NCBI GenBank assembly: GCA_964457855.1
Contig: CAYWEO010000004.1
Location: forward strand, 4,127 to 68,126
From: an uncultured Opitutales bacterium
GTDB lineage: Bacteria; Verrucomicrobiota; Verrucomicrobiia; Opitutales; CAYWEO01
DNA length: 64,000 bases
Direction: 5' to 3'
The position numbers and the translations under genes were made by a program. Position 1 is the first letter of the stretch, and each line of letters opens with the position of its first letter. The notes beneath the pieces are model-generated. The model had not been told where the DNA came from, searched no databases, and saw nothing but the letters and a program-made list of their open reading frames with translations. Positions 60,463 to 64,000 of the stretch are shown piece by piece.

Positions 60463-63400
60463 TTAAGATGTTGCGGATTGCGACTTAAAGATTTGCGCCA
60501 AAGCTTGCGCCGTTTGCGTTTCATCCACAGAATAGGTAACCGCTTCTTTCCCAGTGCTTTCCAGGAACGTTGTTTCCACTTTGATATGCCGATATTCTGG
60601 CATACCCGTTCCGGTCGGCACTAAATTACCCATGATAATGTTTTCTTTGCAGCCAATGAGTTTATCTACCTTCCCTAACGTCGCCGCCGCTGTCAAAACG
60701 CGCGTTGTTTCTTGGAACGAGGCCGCCGATATGAAGCTGTCCGTCTCTAGCGAAGCCTTTGTCAGACCCAAAAGAACCGGTTCCGCTTCCGCTGGCTTAC
60801 CACCCATGTCCAAAATGCGCTCGTTCATAGCCAAGAAAGCCTCTTTATCGATCTTCGAGCCCCAGAGCAAATCAGCATCGCCGTCACCCGGATCCGTGAT
60901 ACGAACTTTCCGCAACGTACGCGCAATAATGATTTCCAAGTGCTTATCATCGATACTAACTCCTTGCAAGTGATAAACTTTTTGAATTTCAGAAATCAAA
61001 TACTCTTGAACAGCCTGCAAGCCCAAAATTTCCAGGACTTCATGAGGATCTGCAGAACCTTCCGTTAAAAACTGTCCTTTTTTCACCAAATCTCCGGGGT
61101 AAACAACGATATGCTTCCCGTGCGGAACCAAATGTTCTTCTTCCTGGCCCGTTTCGGCATCCGTGACCACCAGGCGCCTACGTCCACGCAAACTCCCCGA
61201 AATCGCAACAATACCATCGATTCTCGCCATTTCAGCGGTATCTTTTGGCCGACGTGCTTCGAATAACTCCGCAACCCGCGGCAAACCTCCCGTAATGTCT
61301 TGCGTTTTCGACATTGAACGAGGTGTTTTTGCCAACAAAGCGCCAGGTGCAATTTCATCACCGTCATTGACGGATATTTGAGCGCCAACAGGAATGGAAT
61401 ATGTTGCAGACAGTTTTTCTACGCCATTGACGACAGCACGGACTTCAATTGCAGGATTCAGATCTTCTTTGTGATCAATAACAACCGTCGCGATACGTCC
61501 ACTCAATTCATCTAATTCACGCTTAATCGTGACACCAGGAATCAAGTCGTGAAAACGAATGATACCCCCCTTTTCCGACAAAATGGGAATGTTGTGCGGA
61601 TCCCACATTGCCAAAACCGTCGAACGCTCGACTTGCGCACCGTCAGCAACCGGCAACACCGATCCAGCAACGATGTGAAACTCGTCCAAAACCTTACCAT
61701 CGTCATCAACAACGACTATGGAACCCGTCTTGTTGAGAACAATACCCGAACCATCCGCCAATTCTACCGTACGCAACCCCTTATACTTCACCGTACCTGC
61801 TTGGCGCGCACGAATTTCCGGCGTTTTCAACACCTGACTCGCGACACCACCCACGTGGAAGGTTTTCATGGTTAACTGCGTTCCTGGTTCACCAATGGAC
61901 TGCGCTGCAATGATCCCCACAGCCGTCCCCGGCTCCACCATTTTCTGCGTCGAAAGATCCCTTCCGTGAGCGCTTTGTGGAATTGTGTGACCGTGCATGT
62001 GCGTTAACGAAGAGAGCACTTTTACGCGCTCAATACCCAAACTCGTGAGCTTCTTCGCCGTATCCAACGGGATCATTTCGCCTTTTTTCAGCAGAATTTC
62101 GTCAGGATTTAGGGGATTTCGCACCTCTAAACTCGAACAACGACCCGCAATTCGCTCGGCCAAACTGACCACTTCTTCGTCACCATCGTAAATGGCAGAC
62201 TTCCAAACACCATCACCATTCATGACAGAATCGTCATCGGCAACGATCATGCAATCCATTGCAACGTCGCATAATTTGCGCGTCAAATATCCCGCATCGG
62301 CCGTCTTTAAAGCCGTATCAGCCAATCCTTTACGAGCACCGTGCGTTGCAATAAAGTAATCCATTACCGACAAACCTTCACGGAATGATGACAAAATTGG
62401 GCGAGAAATAATTTCTCCGGACGGCTTTGCCATCAACCCACGCGCACCGCATAATTGGCGCACTTGCTGGCGATTTCCTTTAGCACCCGAGTCCATCATG
62501 AGACAAACAGGATTGAATTCGGTGGAACCCTCATTGGCCTCCAAATCGATAAACACCCGCTTGGCAATTTCATCCGTTGCACTCATCCAAACGTCAATAA
62601 TCTTATTGTAACGTTCGCCCTCGGTGATGACACCCTTTTTAAACTGGTTTTCAACGTCTTTGACTTTCTTCCGACTACGATCAATGACTTCCATTTTCGT
62701 TTTTGGAATAATCATATCGAAAACTCCAATCGAAATACCCGCCTTCGTAGCGACCTTGAATCCAAGCTGCTTTAAATTGTCGAGAATACCCACAAGCTTC
62801 TCCTTACCAACGATTTTATAGGTATCGAGAATCAGGTCACCCAGTTTCGCTTTCGGAACAATAAAATTGATAAAACCAAGCTCTTTTGGCCAAATCGTGT
62901 TAAAAATCACACGTCCAACGCTCGTCCGAATCATCTTCTTCGTCCGATCTCCATGGTACGTATCCTTCCCATAATCAGGGTTCACCATGTCAACCCAGGA
63001 GTGAATTTTCAACATCCCCTCTTCGTAAGCCACAATGACCTCATTTGCAGAAAGCATGAGAGGCAAACGGTCCGTTTTTTCCGGCTTCACTTTGGGCTCG
63101 CAACTCAAATAATAAGCACCCAAAACGATATCTTGCGAAGGCGTTAAAACGGGCTTACCGCTCGACGGCGAAAAGATGTTATGAGTCGCCATCATCAACA
63201 ACTTACACTCCATAATCGCCTCCAGCGAAAGGGGAACGTGAACGGCCATTTGATCTCCGTCAAAGTCCGCGTTGTAGGGTGAGCACACAAGAGGATGCAA
63301 ACGAATCGCTTCTCCTTCAATGAGAACGGGATCGAACGCTTGTATCGATAACCTATGCAACGTCGGCGCACGATTCAGCAGAACGGGGTGTCCGCGCGTC

Positions 63401-64000
63401 ACTTCATCAAGAATATCCCAAACTTCCGGAGATTTTGTCTCGATCATTTTCCTCGCGCCGCGAACCGTATGCGTAAAGCCCAATTCCTTTAGACGACGAA
63501 TGATAAAGGGCTCGAAAAGAACCAACGCCATTTTCTTGGGCAAACCGCACTGATGCAGCTTAAGTTCCGGACCAATCACGATCACAGAACGGCCGCTATA
63601 GTCGACACGTTTTCCTAAAAGGTTCTGTCGGAAACGCCCGCCCTTACCTTTAAGCATGTCACTCAACGACTTAAGGGGACGGTTTCCTGCGCCTGTAATG
63701 GCTCGACCATGCCGGCCATTATCGAACAAGGCATCAACGGCCTCCTGCAGCATGCGTTTTTCGTTATTAATAATGACTTCCGGAGTCCTCAATTGCATGA
63801 GGCTTCTGAGGCGATTATTGCGATTGATCACGCGCCGGTAAAGATCATTCAAATCGCTGGTCGCGAAACGTCCGCCGTCTAACGGAACGAGGGGTCTTAA
63901 ATCTGGTGGGATAATCGGAATCGCCTCTAAAAGCATCCATTCCGGGCGCGTTTTGGACATCAAAAACCCATTGACCAACTTCAAGCGTTTGGACACTTTC
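60463..64000 (-). CDS. rpoC: DNA-directed RNA polymerase subunit beta-prime (partial; N-terminal ~320 aa lie beyond the window end)
   Basis: [47 protein letters not shown] and the catalytic [12 protein letters not shown] motif. The ORF is open to the window edge. Confidence 0.96.
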   Translation of the reverse strand, partial: KVSKRLKLVNGFLMSKTRPEWMLLEAIPIIPPDLRPLVPLDGGRFATSDLNDLYRRVINRNNRLRSLMQLRTPEVIINNEKRMLQEAVDALFDNGRHGRAITGAGNRPLKSLSDMLKGKGGRFRQNLLGKRVDYSGRSVIVIGPELKLHQCGLPKKMALVLFEPFIIRRLKELGFTHTVRGARKMIETKSPEVWDILDEVTRGHPVLLNRAPTLHRLSIQAFDPVLIEGEAIRLHPLVCSPYNADFDGDQMAVHVPLSLEAIMECKLLMMATHNIFSPSSGKPVLTPSQDIVLGAYYLSCEPKVKPEKTDRLPLMLSANEVIVAYEEGMLKIHSWVDMVNPDYGKDTYHGDRTKKMIRTSVGRVIFNTIWPKELGFINFIVPKAKLGDLILDTYKIVGKEKLVGILDNLKQLGFKVATKAGISIGVFDMIIPKTKMEVIDRSRKKVKDVENQFKKGVITEGERYNKIIDVWMSATDEIAKRVFIDLEANEGSTEFNPVCLMMDSGAKGNRQQVRQLCGARGLMAKPSGEIISRPILSSFREGLSVMDYFIATHGARKGLADTALKTADAGYLTRKLCDVAMDCMIVADDDSVMNGDGVWKSAIYDGDEEVVSLAERIAGRCSSLEVRNPLNPDEILLKKGEMIPLDTAKKLTSLGIERVKVLSSLTHMHGHTIPQSAHGRDLSTQKMVEPGTAVGIIAAQSIGEPGTQLTMKTFHVGGVASQVLKTPEIRARQAGTVKYKGLRTVELADGSGIVLNKTGSIVVVDDDGKVLDEFHIVAGSVLPVADGAQVERSTVLAMWDPHNIPILSEKGGIIRFHDLIPGVTIKRELDELSGRIATVVIDHKEDLNPAIEVRAVVNGVEKLSATYSIPVGAQISVNDGDEIAPGALLAKTPRSMSKTQDITGGLPRVAELFEARRPKDTAEMARIDGIVAISGSLRGRRRLVVTDAETGQEEEHLVPHGKHIVVYPGDLVKKGQFLTEGSADPHEVLEILGLQAVQEYLISEIQKVYHLQGVSIDDKHLEIIIARTLRKVRITDPGDGDADLLWGSKIDKEAFLAMNERILDMGGKPAEAEPVLLGLTKASLETDSFISAASFQETTRVLTAAATLGKVDKLIGCKENIIMGNLVPTGTGMPEYRHIKVETTFLESTGKEAVTYSVDETQTAQALAQIFKSQSATS

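Overview
This is a 64-kb bacterial chromosomal window. Gene content and organisation resemble the PVC superphylum (Chlamydiae/Verrucomicrobia-like), but the taxon cannot be assigned from sequence alone. All protein calls were made by eye from conserved motifs and gene order, with no database searches. Left third: housekeeping genes (rph, MATE pump, ptsH, rpsB-tsf, xth, pgi, rsmI, pgpA-pgsA) separated by unusually long spacers filled with two families of modular palindromic repeats. Middle: one long minus-strand gene train. It runs murC/murB fusion, ftsQ, ftsA, a RelE/ParE-like ORF, pssA and an unknown ORF, then a type III secretion (T3SS) module, then pgsA-pgpA. The T3SS module is: SctY-like TPR protein, SctV, a 138-aa coiled-coil ORF, a 1603-aa ORF, an LcrH-type chaperone, two hydrophobic translocators, a class I chaperone, secretin SctC and a second class I chaperone. 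It is collinear with yscY-yscV-lcrR/G-lcrV-lcrH-yopB-yopD, and the giant ORF occupies the needle-tip (SctA/LcrV) slot. Three AT-rich, tRNA-adjacent islets carry eukaryote-like LRR proteins, a putative HxE...CxxC deaminase-fold protein and a duplicated family of small acidic secreted proteins. Right third (42.3-64 kb): a collinear rpoC(partial)-rpsL-rpsG-fusA-S10-spc-alpha ribosomal super-operon on the minus strand. The window has four tRNAs and one tRNA remnant. No rRNA, CRISPR, transposase or integrase was seen.
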